A stretch of DNA of 64,000 nucleotides, taken from positions 1,014 to 65,013 of the forward strand of contig DASXLB010000033.1 in NCBI GenBank assembly GCA_036496585.1, written 5' to 3'. Origin of the DNA: Vicinamibacterales bacterium (GTDB lineage: Bacteria; Acidobacteriota; Vicinamibacteria; Vicinamibacterales; 2-12-FULL-66-21). Shown piece after piece: positions 15,933 through 24,542 of this stretch (its first letter is position 1; each line of letters opens with the position of its first letter). The notes beneath the pieces are model-generated. The model made no database searches. It saw nothing but the letters and a program-made list of their open reading frames with translations, and was not told where the DNA came from. The position numbers and the translations under genes are program-made.

Positions 15933-18431
15933 ATGCAGAACGTCACCCCGGAACTCTGGCTGCGCGTCAAGGACGTGGCCGCCACGGCCCTCGAACTGAG
16001 CGGCGCCGACCGCGGTGCCTTCGTCGAGCAGGCGTGCGCCGGCGACGAAGCGCTCCGCGCAGAAGTCGTGTCGCTGCTCGCCTCGACCGACGCCGCCGCC
16101 CCGTACTTCGAAACGGTCGCGATCGGCGGCGTCGCAAGTCTCTACGACGCCGGCAGCCGGATCGGCGCCTACCGCATCGTCCGCGAGCTGGGCAGCGGCG
16201 GCATGGGAACGGTGTACCTCGCCGAACGCGACGACGGGGAGTTCACGCAGCGGGCGGCGATCAAGATCGTGCGCGGCGGATTTGCGAACAGCTTTCTGCT
16301 GGAGCGATTCCGGGAGGAACGTCGGATCCTCGCTTCGCTCGATCATCCCAATATCGCCCACCTGCTCGACGGCGGCACTACCGAACGCGGCCTGCCGTAC
16401 GTGGTGATGGAGTTCGTCGAAGGGCAACCGATCGACGAGTACTGCGTCACCCGGCAGCTGCCTCTCAGGGAGCGGCTCGCGCTCTTTCAGCACGTGTGCG
16501 ACGCCGTGCAGTACGCCCACCACCATCTGGTCGTCCACCGCGACATCAAGGCCGCCAACGTCCTGGTGTCGAGCGGCGGCGTGCCGAAGCTGCTCGATTT
16601 CGGCATCGCGAAACTGCTCGACGCCGACCCCGCCCTGCCGCACTACACGGTGATTCGCGTGATGACGCCGGAGAGCGCAAGTCCCGAGCAGTTGAGCGGC
16701 CGTCCGGTGACGGTGGCGGCGGACGTCTACGCGCTCGGCGTGCTGCTCTATCGCCTGATGGCCGGCGTGGGGCCGTACGGCGACTCCACGAAGTCGGACG
16801 TACAGCTGATCCGCTCGGTGTGCGAGGTCATGCCGGACCGCCCGAGCGCGCGGTCGTCGCAGACGCCCCGCATCCCCTCCGACGTCGACATGATCGTGCT
16901 CAAGGCGCTGCGGAAGGAGCCGGAGCGCCGTTACGCCTCGCCGTTGCACTTCGCCGAGGACATCCAGCGGTTTCTCGATGGCCGGCCGGTGCTGGCGTCT
17001 CCCGATTCGGTCAGCTACCGCGTCCGCAAGTTCGTCGGGCGTCACCGGGTGGCGGTGGTGGCGGCCTGCGCCGCGGCGATCGCCATCGGGACCGGCGTCA
17101 CCGCGGCGATCTGGGAAGCGCGCGTCGCGGAGCGCCAGCGCGTCAAGGCCGAACAGGAGTTCAACGCGGTGCGCGGCTTCGCGCAGGCGATGCTCGGCGA
17201 GATGCACGACGCGGTCGTGAAGCTGCCCGGCTCGACGGCCGCCGATGAGATTCTGCTGCGGCATGCGACGACATACCTCGACGCGCTGTGGCCGCAGGCG
17301 CAGAGCGACGAAGGGCTACGCCGCGAAGTCGCGCGCGGTTACGGCATGCTGGCCGGGGTGCAAGGCACCTACGGTCTGGCCAACATCGGTGACCAGGCCG
17401 GCGCGCGCGCGAGCCTCCTGAAGGTCATCACCCTGCTCGATCCGCTCGTGGCCGGCCCGCGAGCGACGCTCGCCGACCGCCTATATCTGGCCAAATCGTT
17501 CGCCGTGCTGGTACAGACCGATACGACGCCAGCGATGGCAACCGCACATCTGGCGCGCGCCCGCGCCATCGTCGAGGCGCTGACGCCGGCGGAGCGGGTG
17601 GAGCCCGAGGCGATCCAGATTCGCGAATCGGTGTGGTCCGTGATCGCGAACGCGCAGATCGAGGCCCATGACTACGCCGCGGCGCTCGAATCGCAGCAGC
17701 GCGGTCTCGAAGCGGCCACCGAACACCTGCGCGCCAGCCCCGACAACCTCGCCGCGAGCAGAAACCTGTCGCTCTCATACAAGCAGGTCGGGGCGCTCCT
17801 GGAGGTGCTCGACCGCGCCCCTGAGGCCGTCGCGCTCTACGAAAAAGCGGTGACGCTCGACGAGGATCGCGTGCGCAAGGACCCGGCGACGCCGCTGTGG
17901 CGGCTCGATCTGTCGTTTGCCAAGGGTTCGATCGGCTCTCTGGTGGGAAACGCCGGCGATCTGGTCCGCTCCCAGTCGCTGTACGAGGAAGCGGTGGCTC
18001 TGCGCGAAGACGTGGTCAAGCAGGATCCGGCCAACGACTTCGCGCTCACCTCGCTGGCGCGCGGCTACGATCGTCTCGCCCGCCTGCACGGCCAGCGCGC
18101 CCAGATCGCCGAAGCCTTCGACTACGCCCATCGACGGCTGGACATCTTCCGGCGGCGCCTGCAGGCGCACCCCGAACGCGAGCGGGTCTGGCGGGACTAC
18201 ACGGCGGCGCTGGCGAGCAGCGCGGAGGCGTGCCAGAACGCCCTGGCGGTGCCGGCGATCGGCCGCGATCTCCGCCGCACGTTCGTCCCGCAGGCGACCG
18301 CCATGCTCGATGCGATCGACGCAACCCAGCAGCGCTGGATCCGCGAGCACCACGCCGGTCCGCTCCCGCCGGCCGCCGACGCGGTCCAGCAGCAGCGCGC
18401 AGACCTGCTCCATCTGCTCGACGGGCGCTGA
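15933..18431 (+). CDS. membrane serine/threonine protein kinase with TPR-like C-terminal half
   Basis: Hanks kinase motifs: GSGGMGTVY, AAIKIV, HRDIKAANVLV, DFGIAK and SPEQ. One TM helix (VAVVAACAAAIAIGTGVTAAIW). This is followed by about 430 aa of helical, repeat-like sequence. Confidence 0.9.
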   Translation: MQNVTPELWLRVKDVAATALELSGADRGAFVEQACAGDEALRAEVVSLLASTDAAAPYFETVAIGGVASLYDAGSRIGAYRIVRELGSGGMGTVYLAERDDGEFTQRAAIKIVRGGFANSFLLERFREERRILASLDHPNIAHLLDGGTTERGLPYVVMEFVEGQPIDEYCVTRQLPLRERLALFQHVCDAVQYAHHHLVVHRDIKAANVLVSSGGVPKLLDFGIAKLLDADPALPHYTVIRVMTPESASPEQLSGRPVTVAADVYALGVLLYRLMAGVGPYGDSTKSDVQLIRSVCEVMPDRPSARSSQTPRIPSDVDMIVLKALRKEPERRYASPLHFAEDIQRFLDGRPVLASPDSVSYRVRKFVGRHRVAVVAACAAAIAIGTGVTAAIWEARVAERQRVKAEQEFNAVRGFAQAMLGEMHDAVVKLPGSTAADEILLRHATTYLDALWPQAQSDEGLRREVARGYGMLAGVQGTYGLANIGDQAGARASLLKVITLLDPLVAGPRATLADRLYLAKSFAVLVQTDTTPAMATAHLARARAIVEALTPAERVEPEAIQIRESVWSVIANAQIEAHDYAAALESQQRGLEAATEHLRASPDNLAASRNLSLSYKQVGALLEVLDRAPEAVALYEKAVTLDEDRVRKDPATPLWRLDLSFAKGSIGSLVGNAGDLVRSQSLYEEAVALREDVVKQDPANDFALTSLARGYDRLARLHGQRAQIAEAFDYAHRRLDIFRRRLQAHPERERVWRDYTAALASSAEACQNALAVPAIGRDLRRTFVPQATAMLDAIDATQQRWIREHHAGPLPPAADAVQQQRADLLHLLDGR

Positions 18432-18521
18432 CCGGCCGCCCGCCGTCACCGGCCGCTCGAGGTGCTGCATTCGCCTCCGGTGCCGCGCGCCGCGCAACTC
18501 TCGCTGTACAATTGACGCGCC

Positions 18522-20021
18522 TTGAAACCCGTCGTCGCGGTGGTCGCAGCCGCGCTGTGTCTCATCTCCGCCGCGCTTCCGGCTCAGCAGTCCGCCGCCC
18601 TTCCCTACACTGTCGTCACGCACGAGGGTAAGCGGCCGCTCGCCGTACGCACGATCAGCGGCCAGGAGATGTTCGCGCTCGACGACCTTGCGCGGCTGTT
18701 CAACCTGAACGTGCGGGAAGACCCGGCAGCCGCAAGCCTGACGATCGCCGCCGGCCCGCAGACGATCCTGCTCTCGACGCAGCAGCCGCTGGCCTCGATC
18801 GGCGGGCGGATGACCTCGCTGCCGTCGGCGCCCGTGCGCGACGGCAAGATCTGGTACGTCCCCGTCGACTTCGTCGGGCGGGTGCTCGCGACGGTCTCGG
18901 CGGTGAAGATGGACCTGCGCAAGCCGTCGCGGCTGCTGCTGGTCGGCGACGTACGGATGCCGCGGGTGGCGGCGCGGGTCGAGCCGCTCGGCTCCGAGAC
19001 GCGCGTCACGATCGATGTCGCGCCGGCGACGCCGCACACTGTCGCGCAGGAGGGCAGCCGGCTCGTCGTCCGCTTCGACGCTGACGCCCTCGACGCGCCG
19101 GATCTGCACGCCAGCACCACCACCGACATGGTGCAGGGGGTGCGGCTTGGCGACACGGCGCAGACGATTGCGATCGATCTCGGGCCCCGCTTCGCCAGTT
19201 TCCGCGCCGCCGATCAACCGGGCGCCAGCGGCGCAGGCAGAATCGCCATCGATCTGCTGCCGCAGGTCGAGGCGGCTCCGACCGTCACGCCCGGTCAGGC
19301 TCCGCCGCCGCCGGAGACGCCGCCGCTCCTCGACCTGCCGCCCCCGGGGGGCCTGCGGACGATCGTCATCGACCCCGGCCATGGCGGCGACGACCTCGGC
19401 GCCCGCGGCGTCCAGGGCACGCTCGAGAAGACCGTGACCCTGGCGATCGCGCGACGAGTCAAGGCGGCGCTCGAAGCGCGTCTCGGCACGCGCGTGCTGC
19501 TCACGCGCGACAGCGATCAAGCGGTCGGCCTCGACCAGCGCGCCGCGGTCGCCAACAACAACAAGGCGGATCTTTTCGTCAGCCTGCACGCCAACGCCTC
19601 GCTGCGGCCAGGCCAGATCGGGGCGGAGGTGTTCTACCTGGCGATCGAAGGCTACGGGGAAGCGGCGCAGCGCGCTGCACAGGCGCCCCGCGAGGCGCTG
19701 CCGCTGCTCGGCGGGGGCACGCGCGATATCGAGATCATTCCCTGGGAGCTTGCGCAGGCGCGCTACATCGACCAGGCGGCTGCGTTCGCGCGGGCGATCG
19801 AGGGTGCCCTGCAGGAGCGCGTCAAGATGACTCCGCAGGCGCTGCAACAGGGGCCGTTCCGGGTGCTGGTCGGCGCCAACATGCCGGCGGTGCTGATCGA
19901 GCTCGGGTTCCTGAGCAACTCGCAGGAGGAGCAGCAACTGCTCGCCGACGATCACCAGGCGGCGCTGGCGCAGGCCGTCGTCGAGGGAATCGTACGCTAT
20001 CGCGCGGGTGCCAGCCGGTGA
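18522..20021 (+). CDS. N-acetylmuramoyl-L-alanine amidase (AmiC-like, AMIN + amidase_3 domains)
   Basis: Signal peptide, then IVIDPGHGGDDLGARG, ADLFVSLHANA and LIELGFLSNSQEE. Confidence 0.85.
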   Translation: MKPVVAVVAAALCLISAALPAQQSAALPYTVVTHEGKRPLAVRTISGQEMFALDDLARLFNLNVREDPAAASLTIAAGPQTILLSTQQPLASIGGRMTSLPSAPVRDGKIWYVPVDFVGRVLATVSAVKMDLRKPSRLLLVGDVRMPRVAARVEPLGSETRVTIDVAPATPHTVAQEGSRLVVRFDADALDAPDLHASTTTDMVQGVRLGDTAQTIAIDLGPRFASFRAADQPGASGAGRIAIDLLPQVEAAPTVTPGQAPPPPETPPLLDLPPPGGLRTIVIDPGHGGDDLGARGVQGTLEKTVTLAIARRVKAALEARLGTRVLLTRDSDQAVGLDQRAAVANNNKADLFVSLHANASLRPGQIGAEVFYLAIEGYGEAAQRAAQAPREALPLLGGGTRDIEIIPWELAQARYIDQAAAFARAIEGALQERVKMTPQALQQGPFRVLVGANMPAVLIELGFLSNSQEEQQLLADDHQAALAQAVVEGIVRYRAGASR

Positions 20022-20623
20022 ACCGGCCCCTGGCGCTGCGCGCGGCGCTCGTCGTCTTCGCTGGGGTGGCGGCGTGGCTGTTGTTCTTCGGTCTGCCGCG
20101 CTGGTACGCGGCGCGCCGGACCGCAACCGTCGCCGCCGTGACTGCCGGCGCGGCGCCAGCCCCCGCCGCCGCCGTCCGCAAGATCACCGCGACGCTCTAC
20201 TACGTGAGCGACGACGGCCTGATGCTCGGTCCGACCCAGCGCGAGGTGCCGTTCGCCGCCAACGTCGCCGACCAGGCGCGCGCCATCGTCGAAGCCCAGC
20301 TCGCTCCGTCGCCGCCGCTCGTGTCGGCGGTTCCACCCGAGACGAGGCTGCGCGACGTGTTCGTCACCGAGCGGGGAGACGCGTTCGTCGATCTGAGCGG
20401 CGAGGTCGCCTCGAAGCACAGCGGCGGCTCGCTGGACGAGCTGTTGACCGTCTACACGATCATCGACGTGCTGACCGTGAACCTGCCGGCGATCAAGCGC
20501 GTGCAGATCCTGATCGACGGACGCGAGGTCGACACGCTGGCTGGCCACGTCGACCTCCGCCATCCGCTCGCGAAAAGCCTCGAACGCGTCCTGCAGCCTG
20601 ACGCATCCGACAAGCCGCGCTGA
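20018..20623 (+). CDS. GerMN domain-containing protein
   Basis: 4-nt overlap with the amidase gene. N-terminal TM helix. The pattern LYYVSDDGLMLGPTQREVP...VFVTERGDAFVDLSGE...LTVYTIIDVLTVNLPAIKRVQILIDG is typical of GerM-like domains. Confidence 0.65.
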   Translation: MNRPLALRAALVVFAGVAAWLLFFGLPRWYAARRTATVAAVTAGAAPAPAAAVRKITATLYYVSDDGLMLGPTQREVPFAANVADQARAIVEAQLAPSPPLVSAVPPETRLRDVFVTERGDAFVDLSGEVASKHSGGSLDELLTVYTIIDVLTVNLPAIKRVQILIDGREVDTLAGHVDLRHPLAKSLERVLQPDASDKPR

Positions 20624-20667
20624 CGCAGCTGTCAGCGGGCCGCCGTTGCGGCTAGACTGGACAGTGC

Positions 20668-21399
20668 ATGACACGCATTGACGGACGTTCTCCCTCGGAT
20701 CCCCGCCCGACCACGATCACGCCCGGGTTCCTCGCACACGCCGAAGGCTCGGTGCTCATCGAGGTCGGCCGGACCCGGGTGATCTGCACCGCCAGCATCG
20801 AGGACCGCGTCCCGCCGTTCCTCCGCAACTCCGGCAAGGGCTGGGTCACGGCGGAGTACGGCATGCTGCCGCGCGCCACCTCGACGCGTACCCAGCGCGA
20901 GGCGAGCGCCGGCAAGGTCGGCGGACGGACGCAGGAAATCCAGCGCCTGATCGGACGCTCGCTGCGGTCGATCGTCCGGCTGAACGAGATCGGCGAGCGC
21001 ACCATCTGGATCGACTGCGACGTCATCCAGGCGGACGGCGGCACGCGGACGGCATCGATCACCGGCGGGTTCGTCGCGCTCGTGCTGGCGCTGCAGCGCA
21101 TGCGCGAGCTGGCGATGATCAAGGCCCTCCCGATCGTCGACTACGTCGCCGCCACGAGCGTCGGTATCGTCGACGGCACGGCGCTCCTCGACCTGGCCTA
21201 CGAGGAGGATTCCAAAGCGGACGTCGACATGAACTTCGTCAAGACCGGCGAGGGCAAGTTCATCGAGCTGCAGGGAACCGCCGAAGGGCAGCCGTTCGAT
21301 CGCCGCGCGCTCGATGCCCTGATGGGGCTCGCCGACGACGGGATTCGACAGCTGATCGACAAGCAGCGGGAGATCATCGGAAAGTTTCTGGGCAAGTGA
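20668..21399 (+). CDS. rph: ribonuclease PH
   Basis: Full-length match to the RNase PH pattern: [43 protein letters not shown] and [18 protein letters not shown]. Confidence 0.95.
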   Translation: MTRIDGRSPSDPRPTTITPGFLAHAEGSVLIEVGRTRVICTASIEDRVPPFLRNSGKGWVTAEYGMLPRATSTRTQREASAGKVGGRTQEIQRLIGRSLRSIVRLNEIGERTIWIDCDVIQADGGTRTASITGGFVALVLALQRMRELAMIKALPIVDYVAATSVGIVDGTALLDLAYEEDSKADVDMNFVKTGEGKFIELQGTAEGQPFDRRALDALMGLADDGIRQLIDKQREIIGKFLGK

Positions 21400-22001
21400 C
21401 CGGCGCGCCAGCGCGCACGCTGCTCATCGCCACGACGAATCCGGGCAAGCTGCGGGAGATTCGCGGCATGCTCGCCGGCGCGCCGGTGGAGCTCGTCTCG
21501 CTGGAGCGCTTCCCCGACCTGCCGGCGCCCGACGAGCCCGGAGAGACCTTCGCCGAGAACGCGCGCATCAAGGCGCTGTACTACGCCGACAGGACGGGGC
21601 TGACCGCGGTCGCAGACGACTCAGGAATCGAGATCGACGCGCTCGGCGGCGCGCCGGGTGTCCACTCCGCCTACTGGCACGGGCACCACTACCCGACCAA
21701 GTTCGCCGTCATCTACCAGGCGCTGGAGGCAAAGCACCTCGAGACCAGCCCCGCACGGTTCGTCGCGCATGTGACGGTCGCCGAACCAGGGCGGGTCCTG
21801 TTCGAGGCGACCGGGACCGTCGAGGGAGAGATCGCCCGCGAACCGCGCGGAACCGACGGCTTCGGTTACGACCCGATCTTCTTCTATCCCCCCTACGGCT
21901 GCACGCTGGCCGAGGTCGACGGCGAGAAGAAAGCCGCCGTCAGTCACCGCGGCCGCGCGTTCCGGCAGCTCTCGACCTGGCTGACGCACCTCGGCGATTG
22001 A
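21396..22001 (+). CDS. rdgB: dITP/XTP pyrophosphatase (RdgB/HAM1 family)
   Basis: [18 protein letters not shown]-like [39 protein letters not shown] and [10 protein letters not shown]. 4-nt overlap with rph. Confidence 0.9.
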   Translation: MTGAPARTLLIATTNPGKLREIRGMLAGAPVELVSLERFPDLPAPDEPGETFAENARIKALYYADRTGLTAVADDSGIEIDALGGAPGVHSAYWHGHHYPTKFAVIYQALEAKHLETSPARFVAHVTVAEPGRVLFEATGTVEGEIAREPRGTDGFGYDPIFFYPPYGCTLAEVDGEKKAAVSHRGRAFRQLSTWLTHLGD

Positions 22002-22056
22002 CGCGGCCGCCCGACCGTTTCCAACCTTCTGACGCGCCGCCCGCATCTAAGCGGGC

Positions 22057-23010
22057 ATGAAGTCACTTCTTCTTGCCTTGTGCGTCACGGGCAGCCTGCA
22101 GTCCGCCGCCATTCCGGCGGGGATCCAGGGCACCTGGACCTCTGATGCCGACAACTCATGGACGCGCGACTCGAGCGAGCGATGGATCGCCGTACAGCTC
22201 GACCGCGGCAGCCGCTCGACGAACGGCCTCAGCCTGCCGGAGCGGGACGTGCCGATGCTCGCCGACCAGGCCGGCGACGGGCCGATCCACTTCACGGTGC
22301 GGCGCGACGCCGGAACGTTCGACTTCACCGGCCGGGTGAACCGCGGACGCGGCGCCGGCGACTTCCGCTTTTCCGTCAGCAGCGACTACGTGTCGGGCAT
22401 GGCGGCCCTCGGCTACAGGGGTCTGAACGACGAAGACGCCTGGAAGTCGGCGATTCACGACGTCTCGCGCGGTTTCGCGCAGGACGTCAGGCAACAGGGG
22501 GCGGCCGCGCCCGACATCGACACGCTGGTGAAGATGAAGATTCACGGCGTCACGCCGGAGTACATCAAGGCCATGCGCGATCTCGGGTTCAAGGACCTGT
22601 CGGTCGACCGCCTGGTCGAGCTCCGCATTCACGGCGTCACCCCGGAGTTCGTGAAGCAATGGGCGGATCTCGGCTACAAGAACCTCGACGCGCAGGACTA
22701 CGTCACCATGCGGATCCACGGAGTGACGCCGGCGATGGTCAAGGAGCTGGGCGACCTCGGCTACAAGAACCTCGCGGTCTCCGATCTCGTCAAGCTGCGG
22801 ATCCACGGCGTGACCCCGGACTACATCCGGCAGATGCGGGACGCCGGCTATGGCGGACTGGCGGTCGAAAAGCTCGTCGCGTTCCGCATCCACGGCGTCG
22901 ACGAGGGTCTCGTCCGCGCCGCCCGGGACCACAACTTCACGAACCTGTCGGCGGACGACTTGATCGATCTCGCGATTCACGGGCGGCGCTGGCTGCGCAG
23001 CGGGCACTAG
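22057..23010 (+). CDS. secreted repeat protein (about five well-conserved ~29-aa IHGVTP-type repeats), unknown function
   Basis: Signal peptide [18 protein letters not shown]. Repeats are [116 protein letters not shown] and [29 protein letters not shown]. Confidence 0.75.
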   Translation: MKSLLLALCVTGSLQSAAIPAGIQGTWTSDADNSWTRDSSERWIAVQLDRGSRSTNGLSLPERDVPMLADQAGDGPIHFTVRRDAGTFDFTGRVNRGRGAGDFRFSVSSDYVSGMAALGYRGLNDEDAWKSAIHDVSRGFAQDVRQQGAAAPDIDTLVKMKIHGVTPEYIKAMRDLGFKDLSVDRLVELRIHGVTPEFVKQWADLGYKNLDAQDYVTMRIHGVTPAMVKELGDLGYKNLAVSDLVKLRIHGVTPDYIRQMRDAGYGGLAVEKLVAFRIHGVDEGLVRAARDHNFTNLSADDLIDLAIHGRRWLRSGH

Positions 23011-23016
23011 CCTCGT

Positions 23017-23490
23017 TCATTTGATCTGCTGCAACTGCTTCAAGTGATGGATGTCGTGGCCCGCCAGCTGTGCGGCCACCCAGAACGGCGTCAGCTCGCC
23101 GTACTCGGGGTGCGAGAACGTCCGCTTCCGCTGCGCGGGCGTGAGTCCGGTGAAGAGCGCCAGGTTCAGGCGCCTCAACGCGAGATACGCCGCTAACGCC
23201 GTCGGGCCGTCGACGTGGTCGTCGAGCGGCATCCAGGCGTCCTGATTGAACGGCTGCGCGACGTAGCCGTCCTGGCTTGCCGCGAACCGGACCCTGGTCG
23301 TCAGGGCCAGTTCCGTCTGAGCCAGATGGATCAGCACCCGCCGCGCGCTCCACTTCCCCGGCGCGTAGGTCCTCTCCCAGCGGGTTTTCGTCCACTTCGA
23401 GGTCAGCCGTTCGATCTTCTTCGGTGTGGCGGCGAGCGATGCCAGGAGATCGGCTTTTCCGAGATCGTCAGCGTAGGGATTCTTGTGCAT
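23017..23490 (-). CDS. DinB family protein
   Basis: ATG at 23490 (MHKNPYADDL...). DinB-like helices with His-containing motifs (VLIHLAQTELAL, AAQLAGHDIHHLKQLQ). The ORF-track N-terminal extension is a translation of the octamer repeat. Confidence 0.7.
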   Translation of the reverse strand: MHKNPYADDLGKADLLASLAATPKKIERLTSKWTKTRWERTYAPGKWSARRVLIHLAQTELALTTRVRFAASQDGYVAQPFNQDAWMPLDDHVDGPTALAAYLALRRLNLALFTGLTPAQRKRTFSHPEYGELTPFWVAAQLAGHDIHHLKQLQQIK

Positions 23491-23588
23491 GTGGAAATGT
23501 GGAAATGTGGAAATGTGAGAATGTAAATCAGCGTCCCTCGATTTCCAAATCTCCACATTTCCACATCTCCACATTTCCACATTCCCCC
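23491..23588. repeat. inverted arrays of an 8-nt repeat filling the whole divergent intergenic region
   Basis: Left arm 23491-23528: GTGGAAAT x3, GTGAGAAT, GTAAAT. Spacer: cagcgtccctcg. Right arm 23541-23588: ATTTCCAA, ATCTCCAC, ATTTCCAC, ATCTCCAC, ATTTCCAC, ATTCCCCC. The arms are reverse complements of each other. Start codons abut both ends (23490 and 23589). Confidence 0.9.
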
Positions 23589-24542
23589 ATGTCTTTCCTG
23601 TTCGCCTTCCTGCTCCAGGCCTCGCCGCCTGTCCTGACCGATCTTGATCGCTTCATGGCCCAAGCGCTGCAGCGGCGCGATGTCGATCGCCAGGCGCTCG
23701 GCGACTACGTCCTCGACGAAGTCGAGGTGTTCGACATCCTCGGCCCGGGGCGGGTCCCGCTCGTCCGCATGCGCCGTGAATACACGTGGTTCGTCCAGGA
23801 CGGCATCCACGTGCGGAGTCCGCTCAAGTTCGACGGCGTGCCGATTTCCGAGGCGGATCGCCGCGCCTACGAGCAGCGATGGATCCATAGCGAACAGAAC
23901 CGCCGCGACTTCCGCACCAAACGCGACGAGCAGCGCGCGCAGGAGGGCAAGGGACCGGCGCTCGGCGTCCCGCCCGTTGACGAGCCGCGCTTCATCTCAG
24001 AGTCGTACTTCATGGACTTCCACTTCGAGCCCGGCAACTACTACCTGGCCGGCAAGGAGGCACTCGACGGCCACGAGGTGTTGAAGATCGACTACCTGCC
24101 GCGCACGCTGTTCGACGAAGGGCCGTCCGAACTCGACAAGGAGCAACAGGCTGAGCGCAACGCCGGCAAGAGCGCCGGCCAGCAGGAGCGCGAGCGCCGG
24201 CAGCGCGAGCGCGAAAAGAAGCTCGACGCGCAGATCGGCTACAAGCTGGACAAGACGTCGCAGGTCACGCTGTGGGTCGATCCCGTGACGCATCAGATCG
24301 TCAAGTACACGTTCGACAACGTCTGGATGGACTTCCTGCCGGCCGGCTGGCTGGTCAAGATCGACGATCTCAAGGCGCAGATGGAAATGGGCCAGCCGTT
24401 CGACGGCGTCTGGCTGCCGAAGACCATCCGCATCCACGCCGGCTTGACCGCCGCGGTGGGCTCGCTCGAGTTCGAGTACCGCCGCGAGTTCTCCAACTAT
24501 CGCAAGGCCGACGTCACGTCGAAGGTCCGGGTGCCGAAGTGA
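23589..24542 (+). CDS. hypothetical protein, possibly LolA-like (outer-membrane lipoprotein-sorting fold)
   Basis: 317 aa from the ATG at 23589. FHFEPGNYYLAGKEALDGHEVLKIDYLP and LWVDPVTHQIVKYTF resemble LolA-like or DUF-type sorting proteins. There is a central charged E/R/Q-rich insert. The stop overlaps the next start (GTGA). Confidence 0.45.
   Translation: MSFLFAFLLQASPPVLTDLDRFMAQALQRRDVDRQALGDYVLDEVEVFDILGPGRVPLVRMRREYTWFVQDGIHVRSPLKFDGVPISEADRRAYEQRWIHSEQNRRDFRTKRDEQRAQEGKGPALGVPPVDEPRFISESYFMDFHFEPGNYYLAGKEALDGHEVLKIDYLPRTLFDEGPSELDKEQQAERNAGKSAGQQERERRQREREKKLDAQIGYKLDKTSQVTLWVDPVTHQIVKYTFDNVWMDFLPAGWLVKIDDLKAQMEMGQPFDGVWLPKTIRIHAGLTAAVGSLEFEYRREFSNYRKADVTSKVRVPK

Noticed and set aside
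17775-20126. 783-aa minus-strand ORF antisense to the kinase and amidase genes. The same applies to 15768..17264, 9756..12041, 46144..48828, 60095..61987, 58824..60482, 4611..5948, 11041..12744, 39995..41785 and 40336..41883.
   Set aside because: All are Arg/Gly/Pro-rich and lack recognisable domains. They lie opposite to or out of frame with genes that have clear family motifs, and I judged them shadow ORFs.
23491-23588. Possibility that the short direct repeats are a CRISPR array
   Set aside because: The units are only 8 nt, contiguous, without spacers and without cas genes. This is a microsatellite-like inverted array, not CRISPR.
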